Assembly: GCA_004431415.1 (NCBI GenBank)
Contig: QPMI01000482.1
Span: forward strand, 372,001 to 436,000
Source: Cyanophora paradoxa CCMP329
Lineage: Eukaryota > Plantae > Glaucophyta
Direction of reading: 5' to 3'
Length of the DNA stretch: 64,000 nucleotides
In this document: one piece after another, positions 1 to 10,753 of the stretch
How positions within the stretch are numbered: the stretch's first letter is position 1
Layout: every line of letters begins with the position of its first letter
Program-made: the position numbers and the translations under genes
The notes under the pieces: model-generated
Database searches by the model: none
What the model saw: only the letters and a program-made list of their open reading frames with translations
Told to the model about the DNA's origin: nothing

Positions 1-98
1 TGGGAGGCAGCCAAGGGCGGGCCCGGGGGATCCGGAGAGGCCACGGGAGAGAGGGCCCGCTGGGGCGCTTGGCGCTATCATGCCGCAGTGCAGTATAG

Positions 99-2934
99 CT
101 AGCGCTCGTGCGCCCGCAGACGGGGAAGGATGGTCTCCTCCAGCAGACCCCGCAGCTGCGCCGCCAGTAGTCGGCTTCAGAGTTCAGACCGCGACAAGAG
201 AAGGGAGCTCTGGATGTAGAGGGCATGCACCTGGGCGGCGCGGGGCTCCGGGACGGGGGTGAAGGGGATCTTGAGGAGGACCTCCGCCTCGAGCTCCGCG
301 GCGGCCCACGCCCGCAGCTCCTCGTCCACCTCGCGCTGCGCCCGGCCGCGCCCTGCACGCGCAGCGCTCAGACCGCAGCTCGAGAGCGTCTGCACGAGCG
401 CTCAAGCCGGATCGCGCACCGCCCCTCTTCGTGATCTCCGCCTTCTTCTCGTGCCGGCGCTGGTACTTCGCCCTCTCCTCCTCCCGCCGGCGCAGCAGAT
501 CGTCGTAGCCCGGCATCTCCGGCGTCAGCTTCTGCGCGCCTAATTGTAAGACCGAGCTCGAGAGCGCTAGTAAAGCGATCAGAGCTCCGCCGCGGGATCG
601 CACCGTCTCGCGCTGGCGGCCCCAGAACCAGCCGGCCGGCTTATCCCTCCTCAGCACCGCCGTGAGCCACGCCTGCACGCGCCGCCGTGGGGGAATCGTC
701 AAGAGGCGCAAGCTGCGGGGTGCTTATGGTGCGGACGGGAGCGACGTCGACGGCGAGGCAAGATAAAAGCGGCAAGCGTCAGCTCGACATAGGAGGATCC
801 GGGGCCGGGACGGTGCTCTCAAGGGCTAGACGGGAGAGGGGGAGGGCGCGAGGGCTGGATTCGGAGGGAAGAGAGGGGGGCAGGGCACCTCGAAGACGGC
901 GGGCTCCCTCTCGCGCATCTCGGTGAAGGGCATCGCCACCGGCTCCGCCACCTGCCGCCGAACTCGTCATCAGAGCGGAGCGGGGCGGGGCGCTGGTGCG
1001 GGGGCCTAGGCCGAGGCGAGGGCGGACGCGGTAGTAGCCCATGATCTGGCAGCGGGAAGTGCCCGTGTCGGCGACGGGGACGGCCAAGAGGACGCCCCCG
1101 AACTGCGCAGACACGCAACGTCAACGAGGGAGGAGCTCGAGCTCGAGGGCGCCGCGGCTGGCCCCGATATCCCTCGAACTGTATGTGAGAGCGGTTCGGA
1201 CTGCTTAGTTCCGCACCTCGTCGGACTGCCTCATGAGTTCAGCAGTGAAGACCCGGTCTCGGACCGCTGCAGGCGCGAGACAGGAAGGGCCGATCAGGGG
1301 CCACGCTCCGCCAAGAGCGGCAACTCGAGGGCGGCCGGCGCACCCTCGATGCGGTAGGCGCAACCCGGCTGACCGGGCTCCGTCGGGAGCTCCTGAAGAG
1401 TCCGTGTCTCTTCACGAAACAGTGTAACGCGAGACTCTGAGAGCTTCGCACCGGGTTCCAGGAGCGCCTCGCCACGCAGTAGCGCTCCCCGATCTCCACG
1501 ACGGGCCCCAGGCGCCTCTTCTTCTTGGATTTGTCGGTCGTGTGCACCCACGAGTCCTGCGTCCCGCCTGGCGAGGGCGCCGCCGTTCAGAAGCACAAGG
1601 GCGTGAGGAGACGGGGAGAGAAGAGCGGTGCACGCACCCCCAAGGACGGCCGCGATCGTTTTCCGATAGAAGCCCTCGGGCTCCGCCTCGGCCTCGGCCC
1701 CCACCACCACCTCCACCTCCTGCCCCAGCTGCGAGTCGGGCGCATGCGCAGCGATCGGGGGCAGGCTCGGGGGGCGGAGACAGCGAACCTCATCAGCATC
1801 CTCCTCGTCCCCCTCCGTCCCCTCCGGGCTAGCGGCCTCGCCCTCCGCTCTTTGCTGCTGGCTCTTGCAGCTAGCCGCAGGCTCCGCCTGCAGGCTCGCT
1901 ACCGGAGACGCCGCTTCGCGCTTCCGGCCCCTTGCTGCCGGCTTCGCATGCGGGCTCGCTGCCGGAGACGCCGCTGCCGAGGAGGGGCTGCTTCTGCTGC
2001 TGCTGCTGCTCTCGTCGTCGTCGAACGAGCGCACCGGGCGGCGCTTCCTCATGCCCCGCCGCGGCGTCGCGTTCAACGCGAACTTCGGCTGCGCCGCGAG
2101 CTCGCCGCTGATAGTGCCGAACGGTTGCGGCTGCGCTGGCGCCGGCTCCTGCTTGGCCTGCGTCGTCGTCGAGCCCACGCCGCTCGGCGGATCCTGGCGT
2201 GGTCCGGCGGCGGTCGGGAAGGTCACCACGGGCGCTGAAGCCGGAACCGCTGAGGCTTCTGCGGGGATGGCCGCGGGCGGAACGGAAGCGGGCGCCCGCT
2301 GGCGAGCCAATCGAAATACATATCAGTTCAGAAGAGGAAAACTGGGCGCGGACGGAGAAGCGCGAAGGAGGGGGACAAACGAACCGAGCCAGAGGCGACG
2401 GTTTCATTCGGAGCCGGCGGCGCGCCCGCCGCGGGCGCCGCAGAGCCGGAGCTCGAGCTCGAGCCGCGCGGCTCGTCGCTGGCTGCAGCTGCGGTCGCGG
2501 ATGGCGCTCCGGTGCGTACAATCGGCGCGTTGTTCGTCTCCAATTGCAAAGGCCTCACATACATCAGGCTGCGAACGCGAGCTCGAGTTGCGCAAGACTT
2601 GCTCGCGCGCTGAACACGCAGCACCTGAGCAGCTTGTCGAACGCAGCGTCCACTGCCTCCGACTCCTGCGCACGTTTGGGAGACGGCAATTCAGTCCGGG
2701 CCCCCGGGGAATGGCTGCCGGCCGGGCCGGGGGGCAGCCGTGCGATCGTACCTGCAGGAGTTCGCGCAGCGCCTCCTTCGCGCCCGCATCCAGCAACGGG
2801 AGCAAGCGCTGCCGCGCCCGCAGAAGTTCGCGCAGCGTCTCCTTCGTCGCCGCGTTCAGCGACGGGTGCAGTCGCTCCAGCAAGCCGGCGGCCTTGCCGC
2901 GAGCGATGATCACGGACAAGTCCGCCTGCTCCAT
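99..2934 (-). CDS. Multi-exon hypothetical protein (paralog A) with low-complexity N-half and DUF6697-like C-terminal domain
   Basis: Manual splicing gives MEQADLSVIIARG...EGFYRKTIAAVLGGGTQDSWVH...YCVARRSWNPELPTEPGQPG...FGGVLLAVP...QIMGYYR...LEETILPRLRAHER*. Exons and intron positions are conserved with paralog B. The domain name is from recalled motif similarity (WNPxLPxxPGxPG, MGxY), not a search. Confidence 0.6.
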
Positions 2935-3178
2935 CGATATCGCGTCGACGTCCGGCCGCGGCTCGCGCAACGCCGCAGACGGGTACCGAATCGCGTGGCT
3001 TAGCACCCCCCCCCCCCCCCCCCCCCGGACTTAGCCTCTGTTTTTGCTTCCCCTTCGTGACCCTCCGACCTTCCCCTCTTTAAGCTTCGAATTCGCGCAC
3101 GGTCGCGTACGCGATGCATCGATGCAGCTTAGCATGGCCGTCGTTGTCTATCCTCAACAAGATCAGCGCTAGGCCGCG

Positions 3179-4640
3179 ATGCCGCCCTCTGTCGGCGAGC
3201 CGGCGGCGGCGGCCACATCCACTGTCGTGCCGAGCGCACAGCGGTCGAAGCGGAGAGCATCCGAGGCGTCGATCGGGTCTTTTGCGTCGGCGTCCCCTTG
3301 CGTGTCGCCTGTCGGCACGCCTCCTGCAGCTGCCGTCGCCGGCCGCGGCGGCCGCGGGTTCGAGCAAGACTCCTTGAGCTCGGCCGCGACATCTCCGGCG
3401 TCGACGTCGCTGCCTTCCGAATCTGCAATGGACTCGCGGCTTTCGATTGAGGTCGGAGAGCCGGCCGTCGATCTGGGCCTTATGGTTGTGGACGACTTCG
3501 ACCCGTCTGCGCGGCGGCCGTCCATATCACGGCGCTCCGCATTGCGGATGCTTCTGCAGGGCGGTGCTAGCCCCGTCGGCTCTGGATTGGGGCCTTCGGA
3601 CTGCGGCGCGGCGCAGCCGGCCAGTCCGCGGCCTTCGGCGCTCGAGAATTCCGGCGCGTCCTCCGAGTTCCGCGTCGGCAGCGCCGGCGGGAGCGGCCGG
3701 CACACGCTCATGCGGCAGGCTCTCGGACTCGGCTCCGGCTCTCCCCTGCCTCACGAGGTGTCCCCGTCGCCCTTCTCCGCCCCCGGCGGCAGCCTCGCGA
3801 TCGACGGCCCGGGCCCGTCTCCGCCGGCGCCGGACTCTGCCGACGTCTCCATGCACGACGCTCCCTGCGAGCCTGCGCAGACACCCGATGCTCTCCCGTT
3901 CGACCCGCAGCGTCACCACGTGCATCAGCCGCCGGAGCCGCAGCCGCAGCCGCAGCCGCAGCCGCAGCCGCCGGAGGTGCTGCGCGTCCGCTGCGGAGTC
4001 GTCGTCGGGCCGGAGGCCGCCCCCCGCATGGCCGCCCGCCCTGCCCCCGAGTTCGAGTTCCAGGGGGTGTGCGGGGATCTGTCTCATACTCTGCCCGCGC
4101 CCCCGAGCTCACTCGTGGGCCCGGCCAGGTGCCGGCGGACGTGCCCCTGAACATGATGCGCGCCTCGCTCCTCCGCCGCTGCGGCGTGCCCCCCGCCCTC
4201 GAGCCCTCCGTCTGCATCCGGTGCGCAGCTCGCATCGCACACGGACTTCTCGGATCCGACACGACCCTCAGGTACCTGGACGAGGAGCACGACTGGGTGC
4301 TGCTGCGGCGCCCCAGCGACTGGGCGATCTGCGTCCAGACCGCCGTCTCCAACGCCTCCCGAAGGTCCGTGCTCGGTGGGGAGGGGGCGGGGGGCGTAGT
4401 TTCATCGCTGTTCTCCGCCTGCGATATCGTCCCGCGGCTGAGGGGGTAAGCAGGCGGCGTGCGGAGCCGCGGTCGCCGAAGGCCGCGCGCCCCTCGGCCC
4501 CGCCCCTCGTCCGCCTGCGCGTCGAGATCGGCCTGGCGCGCTCGGGCCACCCGGCCGCCCTCCCCGAGGAACCGGCCCCGGGCTCCGCCCCCGTGGCCGT
4601 GGAGCCCTTCGGCCGGGCGGCCGTGCAGGCCGCCCACTAG
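3179..4640 (+). CDS. Ser/Pro-rich protein with a C-terminal PB1 domain
   Basis: Long first exon (ORF 3179-), then spliced exons giving ...CIRYLDEEHDWVLLRRPSDWAICV, which matches the acidic OPCA motif of PB1 domains (YxDxxxDWVLL). Stop at 4638-4640. Confidence 0.6.
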
Positions 4641-4953
4641 AGCTCGCCGGCCCAGCTCTTCGTCCGGGATCCAATGCTTGCACTGCGGCAATCGATATCA
4701 ATCCGTCGGACCGGCCCTCGGGCCTCTTTTTTTCCTTGTACAATTCGCGAGTTGCAAACGTGTACATGAGCAGCTTAGCGTTTGAAAATGTTGCTATAAA
4801 TGCGCCAAGCTATCTCGATAGATCATGATGTTGTAGCTATAGTATCGCATTTTGATTCCGCAGCCGCTGAGCTGCAGCGCTAGCTGCCGTTCTCTTTTGT
4901 TTTTGTGAAAAATCAAGCTAGTGCGCATGCGTAAGCTGGCTATGTTTTCGTTT

Positions 4954-7900
4954 TCATGCCGTGATGCGTGTGGTCTCGGGGCCAGAGGTCGCCGTCCGCT
5001 CGCGAGGCGGTGTGCTTATAATTACTTGCCGTGCGATGCGCGAGGCCGACGCCTGCAGCTCCGCTTGCCCGCCGCCGGCGCCGGCGGTGCACGCGTCTCC
5101 TCTCTCTCCTGCTCCCGCAGGTTGCGGAGGATGGTCTCCTCCAACAGGGCCCGCAGCTGCGCCGCCAGTCGGCTTCAGAGCGGGACAAGAGAAGGGGGCT
5201 CTGGATGTAGAGGGGATGCACCTGGGCGGCGCGGGGCTGCGGGACGGGGGTGAAGGGGATCTTGAGGAGGACCTCCGCCTCGAGCTCCGCGGCGGCCCAC
5301 GCCCGCAGCTGCTCGTCCGCCTCGCGCTGCGCCCCGCCTGCACGCGCAGCGCTCAGACCGCAGCTCGAGAGCGAGCGCGCGTGAGAGCCGACGCTGGATC
5401 GCGCACCGCCCCTCTTCGTGATCGCCGCCTTCTTAAGCTTAAGCTTGTCGCGCCGGCGCTCGCGCTTTGCCTCCTCCTCCGGATCCTCTGTAGAACCCAC
5501 GAACCAACGGGCTCCGTCAAGGGCATCAGCCAGCATCGCCTGCCGACGGATCGGAGCTGAGCGATCGCGAGGGGCGGAGCCGGGCCGAGCGGCGTCGCGC
5601 GCGGGATCCGACATCGACTGCAAGCGGGGCACCTCGAAGAAGGCCGGCTCCCTCTCGCGTACCTCGCGGAAGGTCGTCGCCAAGGGCTCCGTCACCTGCC
5701 GCCCGAACTCGTGAGCGGAGCGGGGCGGGGCGGGCAGACCGAGACGCTTCGCTCGCTGGCTCGGGGAGGGCTCACCCGGTAGTAGCCCATGAATTGGTAG
5801 CGGGACTTGGTCTTCTTGTCGACTTCAAAGGAGACTGCGAGGAGAACTCCCCCAAACTGCGGATCGGACATGTTGCATAAAGGTCGAAACGAGCGGGCGA
5901 CGGGTCATATCTATATATGAGCACGAGAGGCGCGGACCTCGTTCGACTGCTGCACAACTTTCGCAGCGAGATCCCGCGTCGAGAATTCTTCCGCGCCGTA
6001 AAAGGACCCTTCAGCGATGGTGCTCGTAATGTTAACAAAGCTACAAGAGGATTCAAACATACCATCCACCTCGTAGATAAAGCCCGGCTGGCCCGGCTCC
6101 ATGGGGAGCTCCTGGGTCACGCGCCGTCGGTGGGCCGGGGTCGGGCGGCGAGCCACGGAGGTGCACCGCGCACCGGGTTCCAGTAGCGCCTCGCAACGCA
6201 GTAGAAGCCTCCGATGTCGACATCCGTCCCCAGGCGCCTCGTCTCCTTGGTACCCTCTGCCGGGTGCACCCACGAGGGCACGCTTGAGCCTGAGGACAAG
6301 AGGGGGAGTCAGGTCGCGCGTGTGCAAGAGGAGAGGGCGTTGCGCGCCCCCAAGAACGTCCGCGATCGTTTTCCGAAAGAAGCCCTCGGGCGCCGCCGCC
6401 TCCTCCGCGACATTCCCCGCCGCCTCCTCCCCCTCCTGAGACCCTCTCGTAAATGGGGGGCTGCGAGAGTGGAAACGGGGCGAACCTCCCCGCCGCCTCT
6501 GCATCCTCCTCCTCGTCCGCCTCCGCCACCGCCACCTCCGCTCTGTATTTTAGGTCCCTGGCTGCCGCCGCCGCCTGCCTGCTCGCTGCTGGCGCCGCTT
6601 GCGAGTTCGCCGTCGCATCCGGACACTCCGCTAGCGCTTTGCGTTTCCGGCCCGTGCAGCTAGCCGGAGACGCGGCTTCGCGCTTCCGGCCCCTTGCTGC
6701 CGGCCCTGCATGCGGGCTCGCTGCCGGCGACGCCGCTGCCGAGGAGGGGCTGCTGCTGCTGCTGCTGCTGCTGCTGCCGCCGCCGCCTCCGCTCTGAAGC
6801 ACAGAGCGGCGGCTTCTTGTACTCCGCCTCGCTGCTGTCAGCAGCGGCCGCCGGCTGGGACGAAGGCTCGCTGCTTGCGCTGCCGCGGGGCTGCGGATCC
6901 GCCGGCTGCGGCGGGGGCGCTGGCGCTAGCTGGGGCTCCTGCTCGTCGTCGCTGTCGAGCGCAATGAACTGCACATCCAGTGACGGACGCGGCTCAACGG
7001 ATGATGCGCGTTCTGCAGCTGGAGGCGGCCGGGGAGGGCACCGGAATCGCAGGAGACGAAGCCTGGGTCGCAGACGCTCCTGGGGCAATGGGCGCGGGCG
7101 CCGCGGCGTGGCTTGCAATTGATGACTGGAAAACAATAAACCGATCCAGCTCAGCATTAGGAAGCAGGTTCGGGGAGCCCCGGCCCCGGGCGGCAAGACA
7201 GACGCGCGAACCGAGCCAGTTGTGGAGGCGCTGGTAGAATTCGGAGGCGCCGGTACTCCCGCGGCCGGCGCCGTCGCTTCCGCGGGCGCAAGAGAGCTGC
7301 TGCCGCGCGGCGCCGGTGCCGGCTGCAGCTGTCCGCCGGCCGCGGCCGTGGCCGCCGATGGCGGGCGCCGGCTGCAGCTGGCCATGGAGCAGAGCTTCAG
7401 CGCATCGAAAGCGCGCGCGAGCGCCGGGACCGCGAAGACGGCACCCGAGGATCTTGATGACTGCCGCCCGCACCGCCTCCGAAATCTGCGTCCGGTCGCG
7501 GCTTCATGTTGAGCGCTAGCGCGGGAAGTCGCTCGAGCTCGCGATCGACGCGACCGAGTGGCGGAGAGCACCTGTCCGAATTCGAGCAGCGCCTCCTTCG
7601 TTACCGCGGCCAGCGAGGGATGCCGCCCTAGCAACCTCATGGCGGCCTGCGCCGCATCCGATGAAAGGAACGCGCTCCAGCTGCAGTGCGCTCCAAGCTC
7701 CATCGGGTTCGTGTGCCCACTAAAGCATGAGCAGTCATGATTCAGCGCATCGGCCGCGGCGTGCGAAGCGCGAGCGCCGGCCGCGGCACCGCGAAGACCG
7801 CACCTGAGGAGAGTGATGAATGCAGCGCGCACCGCCTCCGAACTCTGCGTACGGTCGCGGCTTCCTGATAAGCGCGGGAAATCGCTCGATCTCTAAGCGT

Positions 7901-8091
7901 AAAGCTGCAGGCGGCGACGAGAGCACCTGCCCGAATTCGAGCAGCGCCTCCTTCGTTGCCGCGGTCAGCGAGGGATGCCGCCGCAGCGACCCCGTGGCGT
8001 CCTGCGCGGCATCCGATAGAAGGCCAGTCCGCTCCCAGTCGGCGAGTCTGAGCTCAAGTCCGCTCCACTGGCCAGTCGCGTCAAGCTCCAT
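4954..8091 (-). pseudogene. Paralog B of the DUF6697-like gene; full length but frameshifted by an 8-bp deletion near 6830
   Basis: Spliced domain reads PEGFFRKTIADVLGGSSVPSWVH...YCVARRYWNPELPMEPGQPG...YQFMGYYRVTEPLATTFREV. It lacks GGCGTCAC present in repeat copies 2 and 3, which shifts the frame to a stop at 6660. Confidence 0.55.
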
Positions 8092-8095
8092 CGCG
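7400..8095 (-). repeat. Diverged internal tandem duplication (about 360 bp period) of the first exons of paralog B
   Basis: MELDATGQWS...SDAAQDATGSLRRHPSLTAATKEALLEFGQ versus MELGAHCSWS...SDAAQAAMRLLGRHPSLAAVTKEALLEFGQ, each followed by gtgctctc. Confidence 0.8.
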
Positions 8096-8420
8096 TTAGC
8101 GATCGTGTGCGACTGAGCGCTCGGGCTGCCGCTGCTCCGGACCTGTGGTCGGTCACGGGTACAGCGGCAGCGCTGATCCACCCCCCCACTCCCCCCTTCC
8201 CCCCCCCCTTTTTTTCCCCAAAAAGCTAGGCCTCCGATCGCGATCCGGTCCCCCGGCCTACAAGAGCGAAGCCCCGGCCTCCCTCAATACTCATTCAAAC
8301 AAGAGCGAAGCCAGCGTTGAAATCGGCCGGCGCCTTGACAAAGAGCGTTCAATTCGAATTCGGACAAGAGCGAAGCCAGGCGATGGCGAATTACATTACG
8401 CGGGGCGCGCGGCGCGCCGC

Positions 8421-10678
8421 CTAGTGGGAGCCGGCAGCCGGGGCGGCCTGCTTCGAGCCGGCGCCGGCGGCGGGTGCCCCCGAGGCGGTGTGCTGCTCTA
8501 GCCGCTGCAGGTCGACCACTTGCCGCGCGTTGCCCGACGCCATGAGCCACTCCTGCGCTCAAGAGTGAACGATGAAGAAAAGGGAAAGCGGTTCCGGCCG
8601 GGTTCAAACCCGGAAGTGCTCGAGGATCGTTGACCGCAGCTGCGACTGCTGCTCGTGCGAGAGAGACGCGTCGCGCACCGCCTGCGGGGGTACGGAATCG
8701 TCAGGGCGGGGGTCAGCTGCGGTGGGGGTATCCCACGCGCCTGGCGGACGGCCTTGACTGCCTGGGTACGCTGCTGAACGGCCTCCTGGTATTCGGGGGC
8801 AGGGGCAGGGGTTGGTCCTGCGGGGTACCGTCAGACGTGACGGAGACGGGTTGACGGGTCACGACGCACTTTGTGACGGGGGTACCGGGGGATACGGTGC
8901 CCGCCCCCGCGGCGTCGCCAGAGGAGGCCACGTTGTCCTACGCGGGCGAGAGGGCGTGATAAGGGTCGGGGAGGGGGCGGAGCGTGGGGGGTACGGGCGG
9001 GCCTGCTTGAAGGGTACGACGAACTCGACGAACTGGTCCGGGGAGGTGAGGCTCACGGAGCGCTGCGAGGCGGGGTCCGAGCCCGGCGCGCAGGCTGCGG
9101 GCGGGGGCTCGAGTGCGGGCGGGCGGGCGGGTGCAGGGGGGGGCGGCGCTCGCACGGGAGAGGAGGTTGGGCCAGTCGAGGACGTGCGGGGTGCGCCAGC
9201 CGGCGGCGCAGGCCTGCGGCTCGAGCCCGGCGCGCTGCATGTGCCCGCCCAGCGCCGGGTAGTGCGTGCTGAAGGGCCCGAAGAAGATGGAGCGCGAGTC
9301 GCCCCAGGTGAGGGGCGGCGCCGGCGTCCCCGCGCTCAGCGCGCAGTCCAGGCAGTTGCTCACTCGCACTTGCCTGCAGCCGCTCGGCGCGTCAGCGCGA
9401 GCGGGGCAGTCGACTCAAGACGCGAGGGAGGGGCCGCGCCGTGCGACGGCGATGCAGCGGATGCGCTCGCAGTGCTCGACGCTGAGGACGCGGGAGACGG
9501 GGCCCAGCACGACGGTGCAGTCCGTGCAGCCCATGATCGTCACCAGCGGCACCGGCCCCAGCAGGTAGATGTACGTGTCCTGCGCCGTGCGCGTGGGCCG
9601 GGGTGGGCCGGGGCCGAGGGCGGGCGGGGGGGTACGGGAGGGCGGGGGCACCTGGCAGCCGAAGATGCGGACCTCCAGCACTCCCTTGAGGTCGCCCTCG
9701 GAGCGCACGATGGTCGTCTTGTGCCCGTTTGCGACGGTGGCGACGAGGGGCCTGCGCCGGCTCGCTCGCGCGCGCGGGGCGGGGCGGGGGCGAAGGGGGC
9801 GCACGAGGGGTTCGAGGGGGAGGCGTGGGCGGGGAGCGGGGCCGGCGAGGGGTACTCGTGGTCGATGAGCCGCGCGGAGAGCCACGCGGAGAGCTCGGAG
9901 GCGGGGGCACGGTTGGCGGGAGGGGCGAAGAGGGGGCAGAGGTCGGAGAGGCGGCGGGGGGCGGGACTGGAGGCGGGTACGAGGAGGAAGGCGAGGCGGT
10001 CGAACTGCTCGGCGGCGACCTCGAAGTTGAGGCCGGTGTCGAGCTTGCCAGGCGCGGCGAGGCCCGGGCGCGCGCCCGCGACCGCGCGGAGCAGCTCGTC
10101 GATGTGCTGCCGGACGGCCGCCGCATTCTTCAGTTGCCGCTGCACGGGCCACTTGCCCTGCTGCACCATCGACTTCGTCACCGGCGAGAGGCACGGGAAG
10201 GACTCGGCGCGATCGACGTGGATCTCCAGGGGCGGGTGCGAGGGCCAGACGTCGCCCATGCCGAGCTTGGAGCGCGAGGAAGGCGAGAGCGGCTGCTGCA
10301 GCGAGCTTCTCCGATTGAAGCTGTACTGGATGCTGAGGAAGGCGGCGAACTCGCGCGCGTCCACCGTCTGCGAGCCGCCGAGCGGGTGCGGCCACGCCGC
10401 AGGGTCGGTGAAAAGGTCGCCGGAGGCCACCAGCTGGAATGCGCCGAAGAGCAACCTTGCGGGCGCCTCGCCGAGCGACAAGCCCTCCGCCGCCGCCTTA
10501 AGCCAGCCCGCGATGTCAAGCTTGTGCGAGGTGGGCGCTGCTTTCTCGCACAGCTTCGCGAGGAACTTCGCCAGGTCCGGCGCGGTGATCGAGGGGCTCA
10601 CGGGCAGCATGCCGTAGTCCAGCACCTGGCTGCGGACCGCGAGGCCCTGTCCGCCACAACGCCGCTGGAGGCGGCCAT
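8421..10678 (-). CDS. TBCCD1: TBCC domain-containing protein 1 (copy 1)
   Basis: Spliced TBCC/CARP beta-helix text IYLLGPVPLVTIMGCTDCTVVLGPVSRVLSVEHCERIRCIAVARRMRVSNCLDC...PPLTWGDSRSIFFGPFSTHYPAL...PDQFVEFVVPF and C-terminal EWLMASGNARQVVDL. A 1-bp homopolymer indel near 10651 is probably an error. Confidence 0.85.
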
Positions 10679-10753
10679 CGCCGGCTCAAGCGAGCGCAGC
10701 TGCGCTTTCGCAGCGCTCCGCGGCGATTGCTCTCGCGCCAGCGTGCCTGCGGA

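Noticed and set aside
8260-8377. CRISPR-like repeat-spacer pattern
   Set aside because: Repeat is only 14 bp, spacers are irregular, the context is eukaryotic and no cas genes are present.
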